In this document: one piece after another, positions 55,685 to 64,000 of the stretch | Layout: every line of letters begins with the position of its first letter | Position numbering within the stretch: the first letter of the stretch is position 1 | DNA from: an uncultured Planctomycetota bacterium | GTDB taxonomy: Bacteria; Planctomycetota; Planctomycetia; Gemmatales; Gemmataceae | Assembly (NCBI GenBank): GCA_963849325.1 | Contig: CAWKHF010000010.1 | Location: forward strand, 192,001 to 256,000 | DNA length: 64,000 nucleotides | Direction: 5' to 3' | Position numbers and translations under genes: made by a program | The notes under the pieces: model-generated | Told to the model about the DNA's origin: nothing | The model's database searches: none | What the model saw: only the letters and a program-made list of their open reading frames with translations

Positions 55685-56290
55685 ATGCCGGATTTCAGCA
55701 CGTTGACGCAGCGACAGCGGGAGATTTACGACTTCATCAAGGACAAGATCGAGTCGCGCGGCTACGGCCCGACCGTGCGCGAGATCGGCGACGGCTTCCA
55801 CATCCAGTCGCCCAACGGCGTGATGTGCCACCTGAACGCGCTGGTCAAGAAGGGCCTGATCCTCCGCAAAGGCAAATCGGCGCGGGCGATCCAGCTGGTC
55901 GATCACCGGCCGCCGGGCGCGGAGCTGCCCCTCGTCGGTGCCGTCGCCGCCGGTCCGCCGACCGAGGCCGTGGCCCAGGAAGATCGCCTGAACTTCAGCG
56001 ATTTGTTCTGCGGGCCGGACCACTTCGCCCTGAAGGTGCGCGGCCAGTCGATGATCGAGGACCACATCGACGACGGCGATTACGTGGTCATCCGCAAGCA
56101 GGCCACGGCGGAGAACGGCGAGCGCGTGGTGGCCATGATCGACAACGAGGTGACGCTGAAGCGCTACCACCGCGACAAGGGGCAAGTGCGTCTGGAGCCG
56201 GCCAACGGCAAGATGCAGCCGATCCTCGTGGATCCCAATTCGCAGTCGTGCATCCTCGGCGTCCTGGTTGGCGTCCTTCGCAAGTGCTGA
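55685..56290 (+). CDS. lexA: SOS repressor LexA
   Basis: LTQRQ, GYGPTVREI, VAAG cleavage site, GQSM Ser, TLKR Lys. Confidence 0.96.
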   Translation: MPDFSTLTQRQREIYDFIKDKIESRGYGPTVREIGDGFHIQSPNGVMCHLNALVKKGLILRKGKSARAIQLVDHRPPGAELPLVGAVAAGPPTEAVAQEDRLNFSDLFCGPDHFALKVRGQSMIEDHIDDGDYVVIRKQATAENGERVVAMIDNEVTLKRYHRDKGQVRLEPANGKMQPILVDPNSQSCILGVLVGVLRKC

Positions 56291-56318
56291 CATGCCGTTG
56301 TCACGGCCGCTGGTGGCT

Positions 56319-56386
56319 TCGTTTAGCCGCGACGCGCAGCGGAGCGCGGAGACTCCCGCGCTCCGCTGCGCGTCGCGGCTAAACGA
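56319..56386. repeat. REP-like palindrome family A, copy 4
   Basis: Perfect arms; between convergent genes. Confidence 0.9.
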
Positions 56387-56397
56387 GGAACTGGTCC

Positions 56398-57315
56398 CTA
56401 AGCCGCAAGCGGCTGGGAACACAAGCGTTCGAGCAAGAGCAGGTTGAGTGTCTCGTTCCGCCGCGTGGCCTCGTCGGGGTCGATCGCCTGACGAGGGTGC
56501 TCGGTCCAGTGCAGCACCCGCCTCGGCAGACCGTTGAGCCGAACCGGCGACCAATCGCCCACCACGTCCATGCCCGCGAATTCACCGTTGGCCGCGTCCC
56601 GGAAGGCTTGCAGCACGTCCAGCACTTCGCGCATCGTCAGGTGGCCGCTATCCCAGTTGACCGACGCTTCCGCCGATACGAGTACGTCTTTATCCAGCGA
56701 AACGTACAGCGGCCGCGCCGCCAGCTCCGCGCGAAACGGGGCCAGCCAGTCCTCGACCGCCTCGCGCCGGGATGGTTCCTCCGAGCGCCGGCGTAAAGGC
56801 TGGTGGACGACATGCGCCCAGCCTTGGCCAGCGAAGCCGCGCCGCGCCGGCGCGACGACGATGTGGCCGGAGCGGAGCATCGGCCAGGGCGCCAGCCAGC
56901 GATAGGCGTTGTCGAAATCGACGTCGCCGCCGACGTGGAAGATCCGCCGCACCGCCGGCAGTTGGGCCGCGTGATAGAGCCACGTCCCGCAATGCAGAAA
57001 CGGTACGCCGCGCATCCAGTCGGGATGGTTGTCGAGGACGAGGAGATTGCAGGGACGGGGCAAGCGGCGCAGGAGAGCCAGGCTGACGTGATGAAAGTCG
57101 CCGGAGCCGACGAAGTTCAGGAAGGGACGGTCCTCTCTCTCCGAGCCGGTGAGCCGGGCCAGGCGGTCCTCGAAGCGCCGGAAGGAGCCGTGCCGACAGG
57201 CGATTCGCAGCGACGGACCCCAATCGTGCAGGGGAAGCACCGTCGCTCGGCTGCGCCGGACCAGTACCTCTTGCCGGACGATGCTGCCGTCCAGATCGAG
57301 AATTCGCGTTGTCAT
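56398..57315 (-). CDS. Arginase/ureohydrolase-fold protein
   Basis: GSGDFHH, LDNHPD, YVSLDKD, GMDVVGD motifs. Confidence 0.75.
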   Translation of the reverse strand: MTTRILDLDGSIVRQEVLVRRSRATVLPLHDWGPSLRIACRHGSFRRFEDRLARLTGSEREDRPFLNFVGSGDFHHVSLALLRRLPRPCNLLVLDNHPDWMRGVPFLHCGTWLYHAAQLPAVRRIFHVGGDVDFDNAYRWLAPWPMLRSGHIVVAPARRGFAGQGWAHVVHQPLRRRSEEPSRREAVEDWLAPFRAELAARPLYVSLDKDVLVSAEASVNWDSGHLTMREVLDVLQAFRDAANGEFAGMDVVGDWSPVRLNGLPRRVLHWTEHPRQAIDPDEATRRNETLNLLLLERLCSQPLAA

Positions 57316-57420
57316 CGCGCGGTTGTCCCTCCTACGAGGCGGCGAGTACACACGACGAACGCGATAAGAACAAGAACGCGGCCGAGCGGCAAGCTCAAGT
57401 TGAGTTGGGGCGAACCCGCC

Positions 57421-58692
57421 TCATCGGCTGTACCAGGCGATCAGTCGCGCCAGCTCGCCGCGGCGCGCGAGGATGCGGAAGCTCAGACGCTGCCGCCGCG
57501 TGGCCAGTACGGGGTTGAAGCCGACATGGTCGTCCACGATCGTCAGCGCCTGCATGACCGACTCGTGACGCGGACGATCGCGCAAGGCCCGCGACACCCA
57601 CATCAAGATGGGGAACGTCAGCGCCAGCGCCTCGAATCCTTCCCAGAAGGACATGCCGAAAGAGGCGGCGCCGCAGAATTGCAGGGCGCCGACCTTGAGC
57701 GTGTAGTAGCGTTCGAGGATTTCCTCGGCCTCCACCGGCAGCGGCCCGCGCGGCACTTCCAGCTCCTCAAACGTGATGGGTGGGATGTCCTGGTGCATGC
57801 GCGGCACCGGGCCGCGGCCGCGCGTGAAGCGGCAGGCGGCTCGGAACAGGGCGACGCGACCGCGACCGGGCAGACCGCGCTTGGGTCCGTGGTCCTTGCG
57901 CGTGAACAGGGCGGCGGCCTGGCGGAACAACATGCGGCCGACCCAGCCAGGCTGGGGCAGCGTCATGAGGTTGGCCGGCGTGTCCTGATCGGCCGCCGAC
58001 GCCATCACGTCAAACACGTCCCGCAGCTGCTTGCCTTCGAGACGATCCAGACGTAAAGGGCGCAGCAGCGCCGACAGCGTGAGACACTTGCGCAGCCGGC
58101 GCTCCATCGGATCGCGGCGGTTGCGCAGGAAGCCGAGCAGGAGATCGACCAGGCGGAGCAGTTCGGGCCATTCGACCTTGGGCCGGCGTTCGAGGCGCGG
58201 CGGCGGCGTCATCGAGCCGTCCGGCCGGCGCGTCAATCCCTCGCGTTCCGCCAGGCGCAGGGCGAATTCGGCCAGCGCGGCGTTGTGGGCCGCGACGGGA
58301 CGGCCCTTGTTGTGGGCGACCGAGGGACAGGCGAAGCGCAGGCCGACGCGCCACTCGTCGGCGACCGGCACGAGCACGAATGGGAACAACCGGCACGCCA
58401 GCGGTTTCGCCTCGTAGCCGAACCGTTCGTGGATGCGGCAACGACCTTTGTCGCTGAGAAAGACACAGCTATCGTCCTCGCGGTGGTTCAGCCGATAGCG
58501 GCGGTCCTTGCGCCTTCCATGTGGGATGAAAGGATCGCGGCCGCCCAGGTCGGCGTCGCGGTCCCAGCCCTGGGCCTCGATGCGCTGCCGCTCCTCGTCG
58601 GTGATCGTGACCTGGTATTCCTGGCAGCAGGTGCCGCAGACGTGACAGTCCCAGTTCTGCAGGACGGGTAAATGATGGATGGGAGACGCCAT
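57421..58692 (-). CDS. YkgJ/FliB-like CxxCxxCC cysteine-cluster protein
   Basis: CHVCGTCC, CVFL...CRIH...KPLACRLFPF, CP. Confidence 0.85.
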   Translation of the reverse strand: MASPIHHLPVLQNWDCHVCGTCCQEYQVTITDEERQRIEAQGWDRDADLGGRDPFIPHGRRKDRRYRLNHREDDSCVFLSDKGRCRIHERFGYEAKPLACRLFPFVLVPVADEWRVGLRFACPSVAHNKGRPVAAHNAALAEFALRLAEREGLTRRPDGSMTPPPRLERRPKVEWPELLRLVDLLLGFLRNRRDPMERRLRKCLTLSALLRPLRLDRLEGKQLRDVFDVMASAADQDTPANLMTLPQPGWVGRMLFRQAAALFTRKDHGPKRGLPGRGRVALFRAACRFTRGRGPVPRMHQDIPPITFEELEVPRGPLPVEAEEILERYYTLKVGALQFCGAASFGMSFWEGFEALALTFPILMWVSRALRDRPRHESVMQALTIVDDHVGFNPVLATRRQRLSFRILARRGELARLIAWYSR

Positions 58693-58728
58693 GACAAGCC
58701 TAGGATGATGTCGTCGAATCGTGCGGCC

Positions 58729-59955
58729 TCACCCTGCCATTCTACGCACCTCCCCGGCTTCCGTGCTACCCGGTCTGGTTCCGAGGGGCAGGGCTTCGCC
58801 TCCAGCGGCAGACCTGGAGCGGAAACCCCACAGCCCCCACACGGCCATCACCAGGGCCACGGACATCACTCCCATCAGGAACTGAGACGGCTGCCCGAAG
58901 TGATCGATTGCGAGTCCGAACAGCACCGGCCCGGAAAGACTGCCCGCGCAGTTGCACGCCAGATACCAGGCGTTGGCTCGCGCCATCCCCGACGCGGGTA
59001 CGCGATCGCCCAGCAAGGCCAGTCCCAGGGGATACAACGCCCCGCAACAACTACCCAGCACGAACAACCACACGGATAACAGAGAGGTGCCGGGCCCGCA
59101 GCGCACCGCCAGCAACGCCGACACGAGAAGCAGGTGGCAGCTCACCAGCACGGGCAGACGGCCCCAGCGATCCGCGAGCCAGGCGACCGGCACTTGACAG
59201 AGGATGACACCAGCGAACAGCCCACCCACGAGGAAGCTGACCTCTCCTTCGGTGTAGCCCAACCCGAGCAAGTAAATCGACAGGAAAGTGATGAGGCCGC
59301 CTTCCAGAAATCCCTGGATCCAGGCCGTCCCATAACTGAGTCGGTTCGCCCGCAGTGACAATGGCTCGTCACCCATCGTTTCTTCATCCCGTGCGGCTTC
59401 GGCGGGCCAGCCGTACCAGGCCATCCCTGCCGCCGTCAAGGTAACGCCTCCCCCGAGCGCGAACGCCAAATACGGGACGATAGGGTACAGGGGCAGGCCG
59501 ATCAGCGCGCCGAGCGCGACACCCAGGGCGACGCTGACGGCGTAAATCCCAAAATCGCGCGACCGCCGTTGCGGCGGGGCGTTGTGATTGACCAGCGTCT
59601 CCAGGGGGATGAGGCTGAGGGCAGTAGCGATGCCACCCGTCAGACGCAGGGCGAACCAGAGGGGGAGCGAATCGACCCAGGGGAAAAGGGCCGTGACCAC
59701 GGCATCGCCGACGATGCCAGCGACAACGCAGGCACGGCCGCCTCGCCGCATCAGCCACGGCACGGCCGGCGCGGCCAGAGCGACGCCGAGATAATAGAGA
59801 CTGGTGTTCAGTCCAATCGTACCGGCGCCGTGGCCGGCGTCGCGCAGCCAGAGCGAGGCGAGCGGAGCGCCCAGGCCGAAACTGAACGCCCAGCCTGCGC
59901 TGCACAGGCACAGCATCATCAAATTGCGCTGGGATTGCGTCACGGGGGCCATCAT
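58729..59955 (-). CDS. MFS transporter
   Basis: About 12 TM helices; WLADRWGR motif. Confidence 0.88.
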   Translation of the reverse strand: MMAPVTQSQRNLMMLCLCSAGWAFSFGLGAPLASLWLRDAGHGAGTIGLNTSLYYLGVALAAPAVPWLMRRGGRACVVAGIVGDAVVTALFPWVDSLPLWFALRLTGGIATALSLIPLETLVNHNAPPQRRSRDFGIYAVSVALGVALGALIGLPLYPIVPYLAFALGGGVTLTAAGMAWYGWPAEAARDEETMGDEPLSLRANRLSYGTAWIQGFLEGGLITFLSIYLLGLGYTEGEVSFLVGGLFAGVILCQVPVAWLADRWGRLPVLVSCHLLLVSALLAVRCGPGTSLLSVWLFVLGSCCGALYPLGLALLGDRVPASGMARANAWYLACNCAGSLSGPVLFGLAIDHFGQPSQFLMGVMSVALVMAVWGLWGFRSRSAAGGEALPLGTRPGSTEAGEVRRMAG

Positions 59956-60117
59956 CCGTTGTCTCGGGTCCGTTGGCGGGATACGGGAGCGGGCCGACTG
60001 AGGTTGAGGCGCGGTCAAACGCGGCGGAGCCGGAATTTCGCCTCCATCCCGTCTTCCCTATCGACGGCGGGTCACGGCGAATTGAGGAAAAAGGAAGAAT
60101 GGGGGCGGGGACGCGGA

Positions 60118-61143
60118 TCAAGACGGGGCACGTCCGATACCCCGGCCGCGTCGGGCCTTGATGATCGGCGGAAAGAGCTGACTGCCGAACCAACCGCCGG
60201 CCACGCTCAGGCAGAAGCAGCAGACCGCCGTAAGTACACCTGCCTGGAGCCAGCGCTGGACGTAATTCATCTCAATGCCGAGGAGGATGACGGTCGTGGC
60301 CAGACCGACGTACAGACCTTGTTTGAAGCCGTTGGCGGTGGTGGAACCGGCCAGGACGCCGCCCAGCAACAGGGCCAGCGCCTTGATCTCCAGAGTGATG
60401 AGCCGGTCCTGCATGTCGTCCGAGGTCGCCAGTGATCCGCGACTGACTTCCAGGACTTTCTCAAAGCAAATCGTGGCCGTCAGCGTGCCGATCACCGCCA
60501 GGAGGACGCCGAGGACGACGCGAAACCAGGCCACCCGGCCGGCGAGCAAGTTCGAGGGTCGTCGTTGAGGACGGCGTTTGCGCGGCGTCGTCTCCGGCCC
60601 CGGAAGCGCCACGGGGGTCACGGACGGCAGGGGTTTCCAGAACGACGAGCCGAGCCAGGCGCCGACGGCGCCGAGAACGGCCTGCAAGATGGGTTGTCCC
60701 AGGATGGCGACCGTCGTGAGCGCTTGCGTCGGACCCGGCAACAGCAGGACGGACAGGACGCCGTTCCAGGCGCCGACCATGGCGCCGAGGAACAGGGCCG
60801 GGCGTTGTCCGCTGCCTGCCAGGACGGCCCCACACAGCAGCGCGAAGAGGCGCACTCCTTGCAGCAACAGGATGCCCGAGGCCGCGGTCCCCATCTGCTG
60901 GACCGCCTCTTCCCCCTGTACCGCCATGAGGATGGCTGTGAGAAGATGGCGCAGCCCATAGAACAAACCCTGCGCCAGAAGGAGTCCGATGAGGATGCGT
61001 CCCCACGGCCTCTGTTGCCAGCGCGTCGGCGCTCCGCCACCGCCCAGTCGATGGGGGTCGTGGTAGAGCAAACGCCCCCCGCACAGCGGGCATTGCAGCC
61101 GCTGCTCATAGGTGGTGCCGCACTGGGGACATACCATCGCCAT
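60118..61143 (-). CDS. Zn-ribbon membrane protein with internal two-fold repeat
   Basis: CPQC...CPLC; two similar TM halves (WGRILIGLLLA / WFRVVLGVLLA; GAVLAGS / GGVLAGS). Confidence 0.75.
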   Translation of the reverse strand: MAMVCPQCGTTYEQRLQCPLCGGRLLYHDPHRLGGGGAPTRWQQRPWGRILIGLLLAQGLFYGLRHLLTAILMAVQGEEAVQQMGTAASGILLLQGVRLFALLCGAVLAGSGQRPALFLGAMVGAWNGVLSVLLLPGPTQALTTVAILGQPILQAVLGAVGAWLGSSFWKPLPSVTPVALPGPETTPRKRRPQRRPSNLLAGRVAWFRVVLGVLLAVIGTLTATICFEKVLEVSRGSLATSDDMQDRLITLEIKALALLLGGVLAGSTTANGFKQGLYVGLATTVILLGIEMNYVQRWLQAGVLTAVCCFCLSVAGGWFGSQLFPPIIKARRGRGIGRAPS

Positions 61144-61279
61144 GATTCCGTCACCCGCTCGACAACGCGCGATCTCCTTCGGTCCCGTACCCGCCCATCG
61201 CTCGGACGAGGACGAGGGCGACGCGGTCATGAAACTATAGGTCAGTTTTGCCCGGCCGTCCGAGGAAGCAGGTCTCCAT

Positions 61280-62787
61280 ATGGCGACTCCCTATCTGTTG
61301 GCGATCGATCAGGGCACGACCAGTACGCGCGCCGTCGTTTACGATGCGGAGGGTCGGACCCGCGGCAGCGCCAGCCGAGAGTTGACGCAATACTATCCAC
61401 GGCCTGGCTGGGTCGAGCACGACGCCGAGGAGATCTGGGCGTCGGTGGTGGAGGTCGTGCCCGGCGCCCTGGCCGCCGCCGGCATCGAGGCCCGCCAGCT
61501 GACGGCGCTGGGGTTGACCAATCAGCGCGAGACGGTCGTCCTGTGGGAGCGCGACGGCGGCCGGCCGATCGCTCGCGCCGTGGTCTGGCAGGACCGTCGC
61601 ACCAGCGATTTCTGCCAGTCTCGCCAGGCCGAGGAGGGCTGGCTGCGCAAGCGCACCGGCCTGGTGCTCGACCCCTATTTCTCCGCCACCAAGCTGCGCT
61701 GGCTGCTGGCGGAGGACGCCGAGTTGCGCCGCCGGGCGGAAGCCGGACAGCTGGCGTGCGGCACCATCGACAGTTTCCTTCTCTGGCGACTGACCGGCGG
61801 CCGCATACACGCCACCGACCGCACCAACGCCTCGCGCACCCTTCTCTTCAACCTGACCTCGACGCGCTGGGATGAAGACCTGTGCCGCTTCTTCGAGGTG
61901 CCGGAGTGCCTGCTGCCGGAAGTGCGGGCGAGCATGGACGATTTCGGCGTGACGGCGGACTTGCCGTTCCTGCCCGCCGGACTGCCCATCGCGGGAGTGG
62001 CCGGTGATCAGCAAGCGGCCCTGTTCGGCCAGTGCGCTTTCACGGCGGGCGAAGCGAAGTGTACCTACGGCACCGGGGCCTTCTTCTTGCAGCACCTCGG
62101 TCTTCGGCCGATCCTGTCCCGCCATCGTCTGCTGACCACGATAGCGGCCGGGGGACCGGGCGCGGTGCCGTACGCTCTGGAGGGCAGCGTCTTCATCGCG
62201 GGGGCCGCCGTGCAATGGCTGCGCGACGGTCTGCGCCTGTTCCAAAACGCGCCCGACGTTGAGGAGCTGGCCGCGCGTTCCGACGCGGACCAGCCGGTCG
62301 TGTTCGTGCCGGGCTTCGTCGGCCTCGGCGCGCCGCACTGGGTTCCAGAGGCGCGCGGCGTGCTTTTCGGCCTGACTCGCGGCACGACCGCCGCCGACCT
62401 CGGCCGGGCCACCCTCGAAGGCGTCGCTTGCCAGGTCGCCGACCTCATCGACGCCGCCGGACGCGATGCCGGCGCGCGCCTGCGCAGTCTGCGCGTGGAC
62501 GGCGGCATCGCGCGCAACGCCTGGTTCTTGCAGTGTCAGGCCGACATGCTCGGTCTTCCGATCCTGCAATCGTCGTCTTCGGAAGCGACCGCTCTCGGGG
62601 CGGCCTACCTGGCGGGTTTGCGGATGGGTGTGTGGTCCGACGAGCCGAGCTTGCGCCGGTTGGGAGCGGAGGCGAGGCGCTTCGAGCCGCGCTGCCCACC
62701 GAGGAGCGCGAGCGGCGGCTGCGCTTGTGGCATCGCGCTGTTCAGGCCGTGATCGCCTTTTACACTGATCGAAACACCTTCGTTTAG
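61280..62787 (+). CDS. glpK: Glycerol kinase (indel near 62693)
   Basis: AIDQGTTSTR, GWVEHD, TNQRET, WQDRRT, GDQQAALFGQ, KCTYGTG, YALEG. Confidence 0.95.
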
Positions 62788-62847
62788 CCGCGACGCGCAG
62801 CGGAGCGCGGGATACTCCCGCGCTCCGCTGCGCGTCGCGGCTAAACG
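62781..62847. repeat. REP-like palindrome family A, copy 5 (overlaps glpK stop)
   Basis: Perfect arms. Confidence 0.9.
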
Positions 62848-62889
62848 GGTACGCCTCCTAAGCCCGCAAGAGGCGTGGGCGGCCGATTC

Positions 62890-63585
62890 TCACAATGGAC
62901 AGCCTGACCGGCAGTCGTGCTTCCGCTTGCTCTTGGTTGTGGGCTTGCGCTTGTGGATCTTCCAAGGCTTTGGCGTCTCCCGCGCTTCCTCGGACGGCGA
63001 GGACTCGGACGACTCGACCCCACCCATCCAGGTCGGCCGATACTGTTCCAGATAGCCCAGGATGTCCAGCTCCTCGTCGAGTGTCGTGTAGCCGCACGCC
63101 TTGACCTCGGCGATGGCCCGAGCGTTTTCCCAGTGCTCGAACTCCATGCGGTAAATCGCCGTGTACGCCCCGGTGCGGTGGATGCCGGCGAAACAGTGGA
63201 TGAGCACCGGGAAGTTGCGCGGGTCGCTCATGACGGCCCGGAATTTCCGCACCCCTTCCTCGACGGGCACCGAGCCGCCAACGTCGCCCCACTGACTGGG
63301 CAGAATGCGCAGGAAATTCACTTCTTCGCTTTGGCAGAATTCCTCCTCGGCCCGGTCTCGCGCCGTGGTGCCGTCGCGCAAACTGATGACCGTCTTGATG
63401 CGATAATCGTTGAGGATGCGCCGCAGTCCCTCTTTCGTCATCTGGCCGCTGCGATAGAGGACACCGGGTCGCACCACGCGGAAGTTGCGCGTCTGCGCTT
63501 GCTGATGCACGGCCCAGGCGGCCGGCCCCGCGATCAGGGCCACGACAACGATACTCCCCAGCAAAACCCGCACAGCGCCTAACAT
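62890..63585 (-). CDS. Membrane-anchored protein-tyrosine/dual-specificity phosphatase family protein
   Basis: N-terminal TM; LYRSGQ; HCFAGIHRTG (HCx5R). Confidence 0.88.
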   Translation of the reverse strand: MLGAVRVLLGSIVVVALIAGPAAWAVHQQAQTRNFRVVRPGVLYRSGQMTKEGLRRILNDYRIKTVISLRDGTTARDRAEEEFCQSEEVNFLRILPSQWGDVGGSVPVEEGVRKFRAVMSDPRNFPVLIHCFAGIHRTGAYTAIYRMEFEHWENARAIAEVKACGYTTLDEELDILGYLEQYRPTWMGGVESSESSPSEEARETPKPWKIHKRKPTTKSKRKHDCRSGCPL

Positions 63586-63731
63586 GGCAATGCCTCCCTG
63601 GAACGTCGCCAGCGATCGAGGGGGGCCGCCGGCGGTTACGTGGGGCGGCGATTGTAGCGAGAGGATCGATCCGGAAAAAGGCCAAGAGAAGAACGCGCTG
63701 GCCAGGCAAAATGCGGAAAAACGGTGTCCAT

Positions 63732-64000
63732 TTACGCGCGGGGGCGGGAGACCCGCTCGGTCCCGTCGGCGGCGACGAAAACGGCGCCGCGCCCGGCCCC
63801 AACATCTCGACGCCGGTAACGTGCATGTACCCGACGATGACGAATCGGTCCCAGGCGGTATCCGCCGCGTCTGGGTCGAGCAGGCCAATCACGGCCATCT
63901 GACGGCCGGGGAACACCAACTCAGGACTGGGCACGTCCACGCTGCCGCCATCGGAGCGCAGCAGCCGGAACGGCACGAACGGACGGGCCGCCAACAAGCC
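63732..64000 (-). CDS. Small hypothetical protein, 5'-partial (end approximate)
   Basis: LLAARPFVPFRL...SDG...V.SPEL pattern of a small family common in planctomycetes. Confidence 0.6.

Overview
High-GC bacterial chromosomal window that gene content places in Planctomycetota, probably Gemmataceae-like: two DUF1549/DUF1553 + DUF1501 pairs, DUF1573 paralogues, a FwdB/FhcB C1-transfer gene, RNase E with a large S1 insertion, Uma2 and small HNH genes. Many conserved genes are broken by single-base indels (e.g. hpf, ptsN, ptsI, rne, lptD, sulfatase, fdhF-like, comF, glpK), which I read as uncorrected long-read error, so ends of frameshifted genes are approximate. Housekeeping content: hpf-ptsN-ptsH-ptsI, DUF2344-rne, lptD-dgkA, purD, sulfite reductase, trpD, lexA, glpK. 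I found no rRNA, tRNA, CRISPR array, integrase or transposase. The most interesting parts are: (1) a 32.3-34.3 kb islet in which an attC-like remnant precedes a HEPN (AbiU2-like) gene fused in frame to the C-terminal half of an antitoxin-like gene that sits upstream of a small HNH nuclease, next to an orphan VapB-like gene; (2) a sigma2-like/PP2C phosphatase fusion overlapping a Cys-rich ECF sigma factor and followed by comF; (3) a coupled ParB/Srx-domain + Zn-ribbon gene pair resembling an orphan toxin-immunity module; (4) an FdhF/YdeP-type gene joined to an FwdB/FhcB gene that lacks the metal-ligating Cys; (5) several distinct families of palindromic REP/MITE-like and inverted heptamer/nonamer repeats, one of which appears to supply a signal peptide. 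All family assignments are from motif recognition, not database searches.
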